Origin: Phyllobates terribilis
Taxonomy: Eukaryota
Length of the DNA: 64,000 nucleotides
NCBI RefSeq assembly: GCF_046119375.1
Contig: NW_027362769.1
Location: 414,718,001-414,782,000, forward strand
Direction of reading: 5' to 3'
Positions within the stretch are counted from its first letter, which is position 1. Each line of letters opens with the position of its first letter. Position numbers and translations under genes: made by a program. Under the pieces are notes generated by a model. The model was not told where the DNA came from. It was given only the letters and a program-made list of their open reading frames with translations, and did not search any database. This document shows positions 12,201-24,200 of this stretch, one piece after another.

Positions 12201-15200
12201 TCCCAGAGCCGCCCCGGAGCCATCACACATCCCAGAGCCGCCCCGGAGCCACCACACGCCCCGGAGCCGCCACACGTCCCAGAGCCGCCACACGTCCCAG
12301 AGCCGCCACACGTCCCAGAGCCGCCCCACGTCCCAGAGCCGCCCCACGTCCCAGAGCCGCCCCACGTCCCAGAGCCGCCCCACGTCCCAGAGCCGCCCCA
12401 CGTCCCAGAGCCGCCCCACGTCCCAGAGCCGCCCCACGTCCCAGAGCCGCCCCGGAGCCACCACACATCCCAGAGCCGCCCCACGTCCCAGAGCCGCCCC
12501 GGAGCCACCACACGTCCCAGAGCCGCCCCGGAGCCGCCACACGTCCCAGAGCCGCCACACGTCCCAGAGCCGCCACACGTCCCAGAGCCGCCACACGTCC
12601 CAGAGCCGCCACACGTCCCAGAGCCGCCCCGGAGCCATCACACATCCCAGAGCCGCCCCGGAGCCACCACACGCCCCGGAGCCGCCACACGTCCCAGAGC
12701 CGCCACACGCCCCGGAGCCGCCACACGTCCCAGAGCCGCCACACGTCCCAGAGCCGCCACACGTCCCAGAGCCGCCACACGTCCCAGAGCCGCCACACGT
12801 CCCAGAGCCGCCACACGTCCCAGAGCCGCCACACGTCCCAGAGCCGCCACACGTCCCAGAGCCGCCACACGTCCCAGAGCCGCCACACGTCCCAGAGCCG
12901 CCACACGTCCCAGAGCCATCACACGTCCCAGAGCCATCACACGTCCCAGAGCCATCACACATCCCAGAGCCGCCCCACATCCCAGAGCCGCCCCGGAGCC
13001 ACCACACATCCCAAAGCCGCCCCGGAGCCACCACACGCCCCAGAGCCGCCACACGTCCCAGAGCCGCCACACGTCCCAGAGCCGCCACACGTCCCAGAGC
13101 CGCCACACGTCCCAGAGCCGCCACACGTCCCAGAGCCGCCACACGTCCCAGAGCCGCCCCAGAGACATCACACATCCCAGAGCCGCCCCGGAGCCACCAC
13201 ACGCCCCGGAGCCATCACACATCCCAGAGCCGCCCCGGAGCCGTCACACGTCCCAGAGCCGCCACACGTCCCAGAGCCGCCCCACGTCCCAGAGCCGCCC
13301 CACGTCCCAGAGCCGCCACACATCCCAGAACCGTCACACGTCCCAGAGCCGCCCCACGTCCCAGAGCCGCCCCACGTCCCAGAGCCGCCCCACGTCCCAG
13401 AGCCGTCACACGTCCCAGAACAGTCACACGTCCCAGAACAGTCACACGTCCCAGAACAGTCACACGTCCCAGAACAGTCACACGTCCCAGAGCCGCCACA
13501 CGTCCCAGAGCCGCCACACGTCCCAGAGCCGCCCCACGTCCCAGAGCCGCCCCACGTCCCAGAGCCGCCCCACGTCCCAGAGCCGCCCCACGTCCCAGAG
13601 CCGCCCCACGTCCCAGAGCCGCCCCACGTCCCAGAGCCGCCCCACGTCCCCGAGCCGCCACACGTCCCAGAGCCGCCACACGTCCCAGAGCCGCCCCGGA
13701 GCCACCACACATCCCAGAGCCGCCCCACGTCCCAGAGCCATCACACATCCCAGAGCCGCCCCGGAGCCATCACACATCCCAGAGCCGCCACACGTCCCAG
13801 AGCCGCCCCACGTCCCAGAGCCGCCCCACGTCCCAGAGCCGCCCCACGTCCCAGAGCCGCCCCACGTCCCAGAGCCGCCACACGTCCCAGAGCCGCCACA
13901 CGTCCCAGAGCCGCCACACGTCCCAGAGCCGCCACACGTCCCAGAGCCGCCCCGGAGCCACCACACATCCCAGAGCCGCCCCACGTCCCAGAGCCGCCAC
14001 ACATCCCAGAACAGTCACACGTCCCAGAGCCGCCACACGTCCCAGAGCCGCCCCAGAGACATCACACATCCCAGAGCCGCCCCGGAGCCACCACACGCCC
14101 CGGAGCCATCACACATCCCAGAGCCGCCCCGGAGCCGTCACACATCCCAGAGCCGCCACACGTCCCAGAGCCGCCACACGTCCCAGAGCCGCCACACGTC
14201 CCAGAGCCGCCACACGTCCCAGAGCCGCCCCGGAGCCACCACACATCCCAGAGCCGTCACACCTCCCAGAGCCTCCCCGGAGCCACCACACGTCCCAGAG
14301 CCACCCTGGAGCTGTCCCGCGCCCCTCCCCGCACCTTCCTCTTCTGGATCTCCAGGGCCTGGGTCCTGAGCGTCAGCTCCTTCTCTATGGCAGCCAGGGA
14401 GGTGTGCAGCACCCGCTCCCGCTCCTCCAGCTTCTGCACCTGTAACAGCTGAGCGTCCACCTGCCGAGGAGAAGCCATCAGACTGGCCCTGCATCCCCCA
14501 GACACCCCAGGAGGTCCCGCCGGGGTACCTGTGTCTTCAGGCCCTGCACCTGCTCCGCCAGCTCCTCCTTCTCCTCCCGCAGCAGCTTGTGGATCTGGTT
14601 GGATTTGATCCGCTCAGACATGAGCTTGAAGTTGGCATCGTCCTTTTCTCGCAGCTGCTGCATCAGGCGGATGTTCTGCTCCTGCATGTCCTCGAAGGCC
14701 TGCCCCGTCACATCCATCTCCGAGAGCAAAGCCTCCTCCTCCTGGATAGCGGAGGGATGTGGTCAGAGCGGCATCCGCCGGCACCCTCACCCCGCCGGCC
14801 GGGCACCACCCTCACCTGCTTGGTTGCGCTGAGTTTCCGCTGCAGATGTTCGATCTGCTCCTCGGCGAGCTTAATCTTGCGCAGCGCTTCCTCGTCCGCC
14901 AGCTTCTTCCGCTCGCGACGATCCTTTTCTTCCAGCACTTGAACCCGTAATCGCAGCTCCTCCATCTGCGAGAAACACAGGGGTGTGATGGCAGGCCGTG
15001 GCCCGCGGCCCCCCGGGAGCAGAGTGCGCACACACCTCAGCTTTGGTCTTCCTCTCGGCTGCCATCAGCTGCACCTTGTCTCTCTGCTCCTTGGGGGCGG
15101 ATTTGTACATATCGAGAAGCAGCTTCATCTCCTTCTGACTCTCCTGGGCTTTTCTACGAGAAGGACAAATAACAGATCAAGAGTCAGCAGCGGACGGAGG

Positions 15201-18200
15201 GGCCGAGGCCGGCGCAGGCGGGGGACGGGCGGCCGAGGGAACGCCTCTTACTTGAGTTCTGTTCGGAGCTGTTTCAGGATGTCCGTGTCCTTTCTCTTGG
15301 GGTCTTCGCCCTTCTGCTTGTCTCGCTCCCGCTCTCTCTCCTTCTCTCGCTCCTTTTCCCGCTCTAGTTCTCGCGTCTTGCTCCTTTCGAGCTCTTTTTT
15401 CTGCTCCTCCTCTTCTTTCTTCACCTCCGGGGTGGTCGGCGTTTCCAGGTCTCGAGGCAGAAGCACAGGAGGCTCCTTCTTCACGTCGGCCGCCGCCACT
15501 TCTTCTTCTTTGATGGTTGGAGCATTGACAACTTCAGCACTGGATAGTCCAGGCGCCGGACCCTGAGGGACCTGTAGTCGCATCTGGGGAGAGAGCAGGC
15601 GTCACACCGAATCGGGGGCGCCGCACCACACACACACACCGGGTGCCGCACACCCTCCGCCCCCTCACCTTGCTCACCTCTCCTTGGGCATCTCGCACCT
15701 TGCGCTTGTACCGCTGCACGTCGCCCTTCAGCTGGTGGTTGTGGTTCTGGAGACTTCCGATCAGATGACGCATTTCACGATTAATGGGGCCTAAAAGAGG
15801 AACGGTCTCATCCTCCAGCAACAGCAGTGCAGCACAGGGTTGGGGGCACAGTGATAGGGGGGATGGGGGAAGGGGTGGGCGCAGAGTAGGGGCACAGGCA
15901 TGGCCTCAGGGCGCAGTGTTGGGGAGCGCAGGCAGTGTCGGGGGGTGGGCGCAGCGTTGGTGAGCACAGTGTCGGGGGGGGGGGGGGGGTTGGTGCAGCG
16001 TTGGGGAGCACAGTGTCGGGAGGGGGGTTGGTGCAGCGTTGGGGCACAGGCACGGCCTCAGGGCGCAGTGTTGGGGAGCGCAGGCAGTGTCGGGGGGTGG
16101 GCGCAGCGTTGGTGAGCACAGTGTCGGGGGTTGGTGCAGCGTTGGGGCACAGGCACGGCCTCAGGGCGCAGTGTTGGGGAGCGCAGGCAGTGTCGGGGGG
16201 TGGGCGCAGCGTTGGTGAGCACAGGCAGTGTCGGGGGGTGGGCGCAGCGTTGGTGAGCACAGTGTCGGGGGGGGGGGGGTTGGTGCAGCGTTGGGGCACA
16301 GGCACGGCCTCAGGGCGCAGTGTTGGGGAGCGCAGGCAGTGTCGGGGGGTGGGCGCAGCGTTGGTGAGCACAGTGTCGGGGGTTGGTGCAGCGTTGGGGC
16401 ACAGGCACGGCCTCAGGGCGCAGTGTTGGGGAGCGCAGGCAGTGTCGGGGGGTGGGCGCAGCGTTGGTGAGCACAGGCAGTGTCGGGGGGTGGGCGCAGC
16501 GTTGGTGAGCACAGGCAGTGTAGGGGGGTGGGCGCAGCATTGGTGAGCACAGTGTCGGGGGGGGGGGGTTGGTGCAGCGTTGGGGCACAGGCACGGCCTC
16601 AGGGCGCAGTGTTGGGGAGCGCAGGCAGTGTCGGGGGGTGGGCGCAGCGTTGGGGAGCGCAGGCAGTGTCGGGGGGTGGGCGCAGCGTTGGTGAGCACAG
16701 GCAGTGTAGGGGGGTGGGCGCAGCATTGGTGAGCACAGTGTCGGGGGGGGGGGGTTGGTGCAGCGTTGGGGCACAGGCACGGCCTCAGGGCGCAGTGTTG
16801 GGGAGCGCAGGCAGTGTCGGGGGGTGGGCGCAGCGTTGGTGAGCACAGGCAGTGTAGGGGGGTGGGCGCAGCATTGGTGAGCACAGTGTCGGGGGGGGGG
16901 GGTTGGTGCAGCGTTGGGGCACAGGCACGGCCTCAGGGCGCAGTGTTGGGGAGCGCAGGCAGTGTCGGGGGGTGGGCGCAGCGTTGGGGAGCGCAGGCAG
17001 TGTCGGGGGGTGGGCGCAGCGTTGGTGAGCACAGGCAGTGTAGGGGGGTGGGCGCAGCATTGGTGAGCACAGTGTCGGGGGGGGGGGGTTGGTGCAGCGT
17101 TGGGGCACAGGCACGGCCTCAGGGCGCAGTGTTGGGGAGCGCAGGCAGTGTCGGGGGGTGGGCGCAGCGTTGGTGAGCACAGGCAGTGTCGGGGGGTGGG
17201 CGCAGTGTTGGGGAGCGCAGGCAGTGTAGGGGGGTGGGCGCAGCATTGGTGAGCACAGTGTCGGGGGGGGGGTTGGTGCAGCGTTGGGGCACAGGCACGG
17301 CCTCAGGGCGCAGTGTTGGGGAGCGCAGGCAGTGTCGGGGGGTGGGCGCAGCGTTGGTGAGCACAGTGTCGGGGGGGGGGTTGGTGCAGCGTTGGGGCAC
17401 AGGCACGGCCTCAGGGCGCAGTGTTGGGGAGCGCAGGCAGTGTCGGGGGTGGGCGCAGCGTTGGGGAGCGCAGGCAGTGTCGGGGGGTGGGCGCAGCGTT
17501 GGTGAGCACAGTGTCGGGGGGGGGGGGGGTTGGTGCAGCGTTGGGGCACAGGCACGGCCTCAGGGCGCAGTGTTGGGGAGCGCAGGCAGTGTCGGGGGTG
17601 GGCGCAGCGTTGGTGAGCACAGTGTCGGGGGGGGGGGGTTGGTGCAGCGTTGGGGCACAGGCACGGCCTCAGGGCGCAGTGTTGGGGAGCGCAGGCAGTG
17701 TCGGGGGGTGGGCGCAGCGTTGGTGAGCACAGTGTCGGGGGGGGGTTGGTGCAGCGTTGGGGCACAGGCACGGCCTCAGGGCGCAGTGTTGGGGAGCGCA
17801 GGCAGTGTCGGGGGGTGGGCGCAGCGTTGGGGAGCGCAGGCAGTGTCGGGGGGTGGGCGCAGCGTTGGTGAGCACAGTGTCGGGGGGGGGGGGTTGGTGC
17901 AGCGTTGGGGCACAGGCACGGCCTCAGGGCGCAGTGTTGGGGAGCGCAGGCAGTGTCGGGGGGTGGGCGCAGCGTTGGGGAGCGCAGTGTCGGGGGGGGG
18001 GTTGGTGCAGCGTTGGGGCACAGGCACGGCCTCAGGGCGCAGTGTTGGGGAGCGCAGGCAGTGTCGGGGGGTGGGCGCAGCGTTGGTGAGCACAGTGTCG
18101 GGGGGGGGGTTAGTGCAGCGTTGGGGCACAGGCACGGCCTCAGGGCGCAGTGTTGGGGAGCGCAGGCAGTGTCGGGGGTGGGCGCAGCGTTGGGGCACAG

Positions 18201-21200
18201 GCACGGCCTCAGGGCGCAGTGTTGGGGAGCGCAGGCAGTGTCGGGGGGTGGGCGCAACGTTGGGGAGCACAGTGTTGGGGGGGTTGGTGCAGCGTTGGGG
18301 CACAGGCACGGCCTTAGGGCGCAGCGTTGGGGAGCGCAGTGTCGGGGGGTGGGCGCAGCGTTGGGGAGCGCAGGCAGTGTCGGGGGTGGGCGCAGCGTTG
18401 GGGCACAGGCACGGCCTCAGGGCGCAGCGTTGGGGAGCGCAGGCAGTGTCGGGGGGGTGGGCGCAGCGTTGGGGAGCGCAGGCAGTGTCGGGGGTGGGCG
18501 CAGCGTTGGGGCACAGGCACGGCCTCAGGGCGCAGCGTTGGGGAGCGCAGGCAGTGTCGGGGGTGGGCGCAGCGTTGGGGCACAGGCACGGCCTCAGGGC
18601 GCAGTGTTGGGGAGCGCAGGCAGTGTCGGGGGGTGGGCGCAGCGTTGGGGAGCACAGTGTTGGGGGGGGTTGGTGCAGCGTTGGGGCACAGGCACGGCCT
18701 TAGGGCGCAGCGTTGGGGAGCGCAGTGTCGGGGGGTGGGCGCAGCGTTGGGGAGCGCAGGCAGTGTCGGGGGGTGGGCGCAGCGTTGGGGCACAGGCACG
18801 GCCTCAGGGCGCAGCGTCTTCTGGTACCTGCTTGTTCATTGGCAGCCAGATTCTGCTCGAACTCGATCCTCAGCATCTCGTACTCCTTGCGCACCTGAGC
18901 GAGCGTGTCCTCCAGCTGGATGACCTCGGTGCGCAGCTTCTTCTGTACAGACAGCTCCTCGCTCTGTGGAAGCAGACACCAGAGTGAGCGGTGGTCTCAC
19001 ACAGGCCGCCACGGTAATAATGATGCCCGGTAGAGCGCTCACCTCCATGCGCTCGATCTGCCGCAGGTGGCTATTCTTGGTGCTCAGGAGCAGCGCTCGC
19101 GCTTCGTCCAGCTGAGTCTTCACCTGCAGGGACTCGTTATACAGAAGTGAGAACTGGGACTGCAGACAGCGGAAGTCCTGCGTCCCCCTGACCGCCTCCT
19201 CCGGGAGGGTCCGCAGATCAAGCTGTAAGAATACAAACTTGGGGAAGACTGCAAGCCCCAAGAGACCCTCTACCCAACGCCCAGAGACCCCCGTTACACT
19301 GGTCACGGACCTTCAGCTTCTCCTTCAGCCGCACGGCCGCTTGCAGCTCGTTCTGCAGCTTCTCCAGCTCACACATGCGGCCGTTCGCCAATTCTTGGTT
19401 TTGTTCCAGCTCAGCATTCAGCATCTCAAACTGAGAAAGGAGACAATGCAAAAGACAGCAGCACAGAGGACTTCAGACATCACCAGACAGGACCCCATTA
19501 CCTTCTGCACCGTCAGCGTCGTCTGTCCTCCCTGGAAACTGCCAGAACTTCCAGAGATGTGGTGTCCAGAAGTCAGCTACGGAAAGACAATGAGGGAATC
19601 TGAGGAGAGCGGGCCGACGGCGGAGAGCGAAGGAGAGCGGGCCGACGGCGGAGAGCGAAGGAGAGCGGGCCGACGGCGGAGAGCGAAGGAGAGCGGGCCG
19701 ACGGCGGAGAGCGAAGGAGAGCGGGCCGACGGCGGAGAGCGAAGGAGAGCGGGCCGACGGCGGAGAGCGAAGGAGAGCGGGCCGACGGCGGAGAGCGAAG
19801 GAGAGCGGGCCGACGGCGGAGAGCGAAGGAGAGCGGGCCGACGGCGGAGAGCGAAGGAGAGCGAGGGCCAGCGGGGGAGAGCGAAGGAGAGCGAGGGCCA
19901 GCGGGGGAGGGAGGAGAGCGAAGGAGAGCGAGGGCCAGCGGCGGAGGGAGGAGAGCGAGGGCCAGCGGGGGACGGAGGAGAGCGAAGGAGAGCGGGCCGA
20001 CGGCGGAGGGAGGAGAGCGAAGGAGAGCGAGGGCCAGCGGGGGAGGGAGGAGAGCGGGCCGACGGCGGAGGGAGGAGAGCGAGGGCCAGCGGGGGACGGA
20101 GGAGAGCGAAGGAGAGCGAGGGCCGACGGCGGAGGGAGGAGAGCGAAGGAGAGCGAGGGCCAGCGGCGGAGGGAGGAGAGCGAGGGCCAGCGGGGGACGG
20201 AGGAGAGCGAAGGAGAGCGGGCCGACGGCGGAGGGAGGAGAGCGGGCCGACGGCGGAGGGAGGAGAGCGAAGGAGAGCGAGGGCCAGCGGGGGACGGAGG
20301 AGAGCGAAGGAGAGCGAGGGCCGACGGCGGAGGGAGGAGAGCGAAGGAGAGCGAGGGCCAGCGGCGGACGGAGGAGAGCGAAGGAGAGCGGGCCGACGGC
20401 GGAGAGCGAGGGCCAGCGGCGGACGGAGGAGAGCGAAGGAGAGCGGGCCGACGGCGGACGGAGGAGAGCGAGGGCCAGCGGCGGACGGAGGAGAGCGAAG
20501 GAGAGCGGGCCGACGGCGGAGGGAGGAGAGCGAAGGCCAGCGGGGGAGGGAGGAGAGCGAAGGCCAGCGGGGGAGGGAGGAGAGCGAAGGCCAGCGGGGG
20601 AGGGAGGAGAGCGAAGGCCAGCGGGGGAGGGAGGAGAGCGAAGGCCAGCGGGGGAGGGAGGAGAGCGAAGGCCAGCGGGGGAGGGAGGAGAGCGAAGGCC
20701 AGCGGGGGAGGGAGGAGAGCGAAGGCCAGCGGGGGAGGGAGGAGAGCGAAGGCCAGCGGGGGAGGGAGGAGAGCGAAGGCCAGCGGGGGAGGGAGGAGAG
20801 CGAAGGCCAGCGGGGGAGGGAGGAGAGCGAAGGCCAGCGGGGGAGGGAGGAGAGCGGGACGACGGCAGAGGAGCAGAGTGGGGGACGGAGGAGAGCTGGG
20901 TACGGAGGCGGCCCCGGCAGAGGAGCCACATGGTGACCGGCGGGTACGCACCTGATCCAGGGCCTCCGCCAGGTGGCGGTTCAGCTTCTGCTCGTGTTTG
21001 CGCAGTTTCTCGATGTCCCACTGCAGATCCTCGATGCTTCGCTCCATTTCTGACACTTTGGTTTCAGATGAAGTGACGCGGTCCTGGAGCTCATGGTGCT
21101 GGAGGGTGAGAACAGAGGGCGGGTCAGGAGGGACAACAGGATGGGTCAGAGAGGGGGATAAGACCCCGCCATGTCATGTACCGGGATCCTCCAACACTAT

Positions 21201-24200
21201 ATATAGAGGGGGATAAGACCCCGCCATGTCATGTACCGGGGTCCCCAAGTACTATATATAGAGGGGGATAAGACCCCGCCATGTCATGTACCGGGGTCCC
21301 CAAGTACTATATATAGAGGGGGATAAGACCCCGCCATGTCATGTACCGGGATCCTCCAACACTATATATAGAGGGGGATAAGACCCCGCCGTGTCATGTA
21401 CCGGGATCCTCCAACACTATATATAGAGGGAGATAAGACCCCGCCATGTCATGTACCGGGATCCTCCAACACTATATATAGAGGGGGATAAGACCCCGCC
21501 ATGTCATGTACCGGGATCCTCCAACACTATATATAGAGGGGGATAAGACCCCGCCATGTCATGTACCGGGGTCCCCAAGTACTATATATAGAGGGGGATA
21601 AGACCCCGCCATGTCATGTACCGGGGTCCCCAAGTACTATATATAGAGGGGGATAAGACCCCGCCATGTCATGTACCGGGATCCTCCAACACTATATATA
21701 GAGGGGGATAAGACCCCGCCATGTCATGTACCGGGATCCTCCAACACTATATATAGAGGGAGATAAGACCCCGCCATGTCATGTACCGGGATCCTCCAAC
21801 ACTATATATAGAGGGGGATAAGACCCCGCCATGTCATGTACCGGGATCCTCCAACACTATATATAGAGGGGGATAAGACCCCGCCGTGTCATGTACCGGG
21901 ATCCTCCAACACTATATATAGAGGGGGATAAGACCCCGCCATGTCATGTACCGGGATCCTCCAACACTATATATAGAGGGAGATAAGACCCCGCCGTGTC
22001 ATGTATCGGGATCCTCCAACACTATATATAGAGGGGGATAAGACCCCGCCGTGTCATGTACCGGGATCCTCCAACACTATATATAGAGGGGGATAAGACC
22101 CCGCCGTGTCATGTACCGGGGTCCCCAAGAACTATATATAGAGGGAGATAAGACCCCGCCGTGTCATGTACCGGGATCCTCCAACACTATATATAGAGGG
22201 AGATAAGACCCCGCCGTGTCATGTACCGGGGTCCCCAAGAACTATATATAGAGGGGGATAAGACCCCGCAGTGTCATGTATCGGGGTCCCCAAGAACTAT
22301 ATATAGAGGGGGATAAGACCCCGCAGTGTCATGTATCGGGGTCCCCAAGAACTATATATAGAGGGGGATAAGACCCCGCCGTGTCATGTACCGGGATCCT
22401 CCAACACTATATATAGAGGGAGATAAGACCCCGCCGTGTCATGTACTGGGATCCTCCAACACTATATATAGAGGGGGATAAGACCCCGCCGTGTCATGTA
22501 TCGGGGTCCCCAAGAACTATATATAGAGGGGGATAAGACCCCGCAGTGTCATGTATCGGGGTCCCCAAGAACTATATATAGAGGGGGATAAGACCCCGCC
22601 GTGTCATGTATCAGGATCCTCCAGTACTATATATAGAGGGGGATAAGACCCCGCCGTGTCATGTACCGGGGTCCCCAAGAACTATATATAGAGGGGGATA
22701 AGACCCCACCGTGTCATGTATCAGGATCCTCCAGTACTATATATAGAGGGGGATAAGACCCCGCCGTGTCATGTATCAGGATCCTCCAGTACTATATATA
22801 GAGGGGGATAAGACCCCGCCGTGTCATGTACCGGGATCCTCCAACACTATATATAGAGGGAGATAAGACCCCGCCGTGTCATGTACTGGGATCCTCCAAC
22901 ACTATATATAGAGGGGGATAAGACCCCGCCGTGTCATGTATCGGGGTCCCCAAGAACTATATATAGAGGGGGATAAGACCCTGCAGTGTCATGTATCGGG
23001 GTCCCCAAGAACTATATATAGAGGGGGATAAGACCCCGCCGTGTCATGTATCAGGATCCTCCAGTACTATATATAGAGGGGGATAAGACCCCGCCGTGTC
23101 ATGTACCGGGGTCCCCAAGAACTATATATAGAGGGGGATAAGACCCCACCGTGTCATGTATCAGGATCCTCCAGTACTATATATAGAGGGGGATAAGACC
23201 CCGCCGTGTCATGTACCGGGATCCTCCAACACTATATATAGAGGGGGATAAGACCCCGCCATGTCATGTAATGGAATCCTCCAACACTATATATAGAGGG
23301 GGATAAGACCCCGCCATGTCATGTAATGGAATCCTCCAACACTATATATAGAGGGAGATAAGACCCCGCCATGTCATGTAATGGAATCCTCCAACACTAT
23401 ATATAGAGGGGGATAAGACCCCGCCATGTCATGTACCAGGATCCTCCAACACTATATATAGAGGGGGATAAGACCCCGCCGTGTCATGTACCGGGATCCT
23501 CCAACACTATATATAGAGGGGGATAAGACCCCGCCGTGTCATGTAACGGAATCCTCCAACACTATATATAGAGGGGGATAAGACCCCGCCATGTCATGTA
23601 CCGGGATCCTCCAACACTATATATAGAGGGGGATAAGACCCCGCCATGTCATGTACCGGGATCCTCCAACACTATATATAGAGGGGGATAAGACCCCGCC
23701 ATGTCATGTACCGGGATCCTCCAACACTATATATAGAGGGGGATAAGACCCCGCCGTGTCATGTATCAGGATCCTCCAACACTATATATAGAGGGAGATA
23801 AGACCCCGCCGTGTCATGTACCGGGATCCTCCAACACTATATATAGAGGGGGATAAGACCCCGCCGTGTCATGTACCGGGATCCTCCAACACTATATATA
23901 GAGGGAGATAAGACCCCGCCGTGTCATGTATCAGGATCCTCCAGTACTATAGAGGGGGATAAGACCCCGCCGTGTCATGTACCGGGATCCTCCAACACTA
24001 TATATAGAGGGAGATAAGACCCCGCCGTGTCATGTACCGGGATCCTCCAACACTATATATAGAGGGGGATAAGACCCCGCCGTGTCATGTACCGGAATCC
24101 TCCAACACTATATATAGAGGGGGATAAGACCCCAGCGTGTCATGTATCGGGGTCCCCAAGAACTATATATAGAGGGGGATAAGACCCCGCAGTGTCATCT

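Noticed and set aside
7249-14445. 2398-aa Pro/His-rich ORF resembling a mucin or extensin
   Set aside because: Antisense to rnf40, inside an intron, and produced by an 18-bp stop-free repeat.
19239-20936. 565-aa Arg/Glu/Gly-rich ORF
   Set aside because: Antisense read-through of the 27/28-bp intronic array.
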